Source: Camelus dromedarius (Eukaryota). Taken from it: DNA of 64,000 nt. How positions within the stretch are numbered: the stretch's first letter is position 1; each line of letters opens with the position of its first letter. Location: assembly GCF_036321535.1 (NCBI RefSeq), contig NC_087437.1, positions 30,568,001 to 30,632,000 of the forward strand, in the 5' to 3' direction. Positions 63,886 to 64,000 of the stretch are shown piece by piece. The position numbers and the translations under genes are program-made. The notes beneath the pieces are model-generated. The model ran no database searches, was not told the DNA's origin, and saw nothing but the letters and a program-made list of their open reading frames with translations.

Positions 63886-63923
63886 CTGCATCTCCAGCAG
63901 GAGTTCCCCAATAAAACTTTGTT

Positions 63924-64000
63924 GGGGGGGAGGGTATAGTTCAAGTAGAGTGCATGCTTAGCATACACAAGGTCCTGGGTTCAATCCCCAGTACCTCCTC
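63924..64000 (+). mobile_element. tRNA-Ala-derived SINE head (camelid vic-1-like), cut by the window edge
   Basis: gggtatagttcaagtagagtgcatgcttagcatacacaaggtcctgggttcaatccccagtacctcc is colinear with tRNA-Ala(AGC), with B box ggttcaatcc, a degraded A box and CpG decay. Confidence 0.85.

Noticed and set aside
55119..64000. Further upstream PLCH1 exons (X box), and ORFs 58715..59248 and 60080..60640
   Set aside because: No PLC X-box motifs were found. The ORFs lie in GC-rich intronic or MIR-derived sequence and resemble no known protein.
1..64000. CRISPR arrays, rRNA, true tRNA genes, operon-like or horizontally acquired blocks
   Set aside because: None seen. The content is accounted for by one spliced mammalian gene plus typical interspersed repeats.

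Overview
This is mammalian genomic DNA, probably from a camelid; that is inferred from a tRNA-Ala-derived SINE at the right edge and from the young L1 3' ends. The only gene I can support is the 3' part of PLCH1 (phospholipase C eta 1) on the minus strand. I reconstructed 13 coding exons between 55118 and 25633. All have GT-AG boundaries and consistent phases, and they sum to 3645 nt (1214 aa plus stop). They encode the X-Y linker, Y box, C2 domain and a long Ser-rich tail ending EIYFLLRL. Upstream exons (PH, EF-hand, X box) lie beyond position 64000. An alternative acceptor at 28035 gives a short isoform ending VQI. The 3'UTR runs to roughly 24500. Positions 1-24000 are intergenic and repeat-rich: L1, L2, MIR, MaLR LTRs, a decayed ERV-L provirus with a nested MER5A, and one promoter-like or LTR-like motif cluster at about 10.4-10.8 kb. 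I found no evidence for a wholly new biological system. The most interesting signals are (i) several splice choices clustered at the PLCH1 3' end, (ii) a CpG-dense patch inside the last coding exon, (iii) the ZNF143/CCAAT/TATA-like cluster, and (iv) young retrotransposition footprints, including a solo poly(A) insertion. Repeat family names and boundaries come from visual recall of consensus sequences and are approximate.
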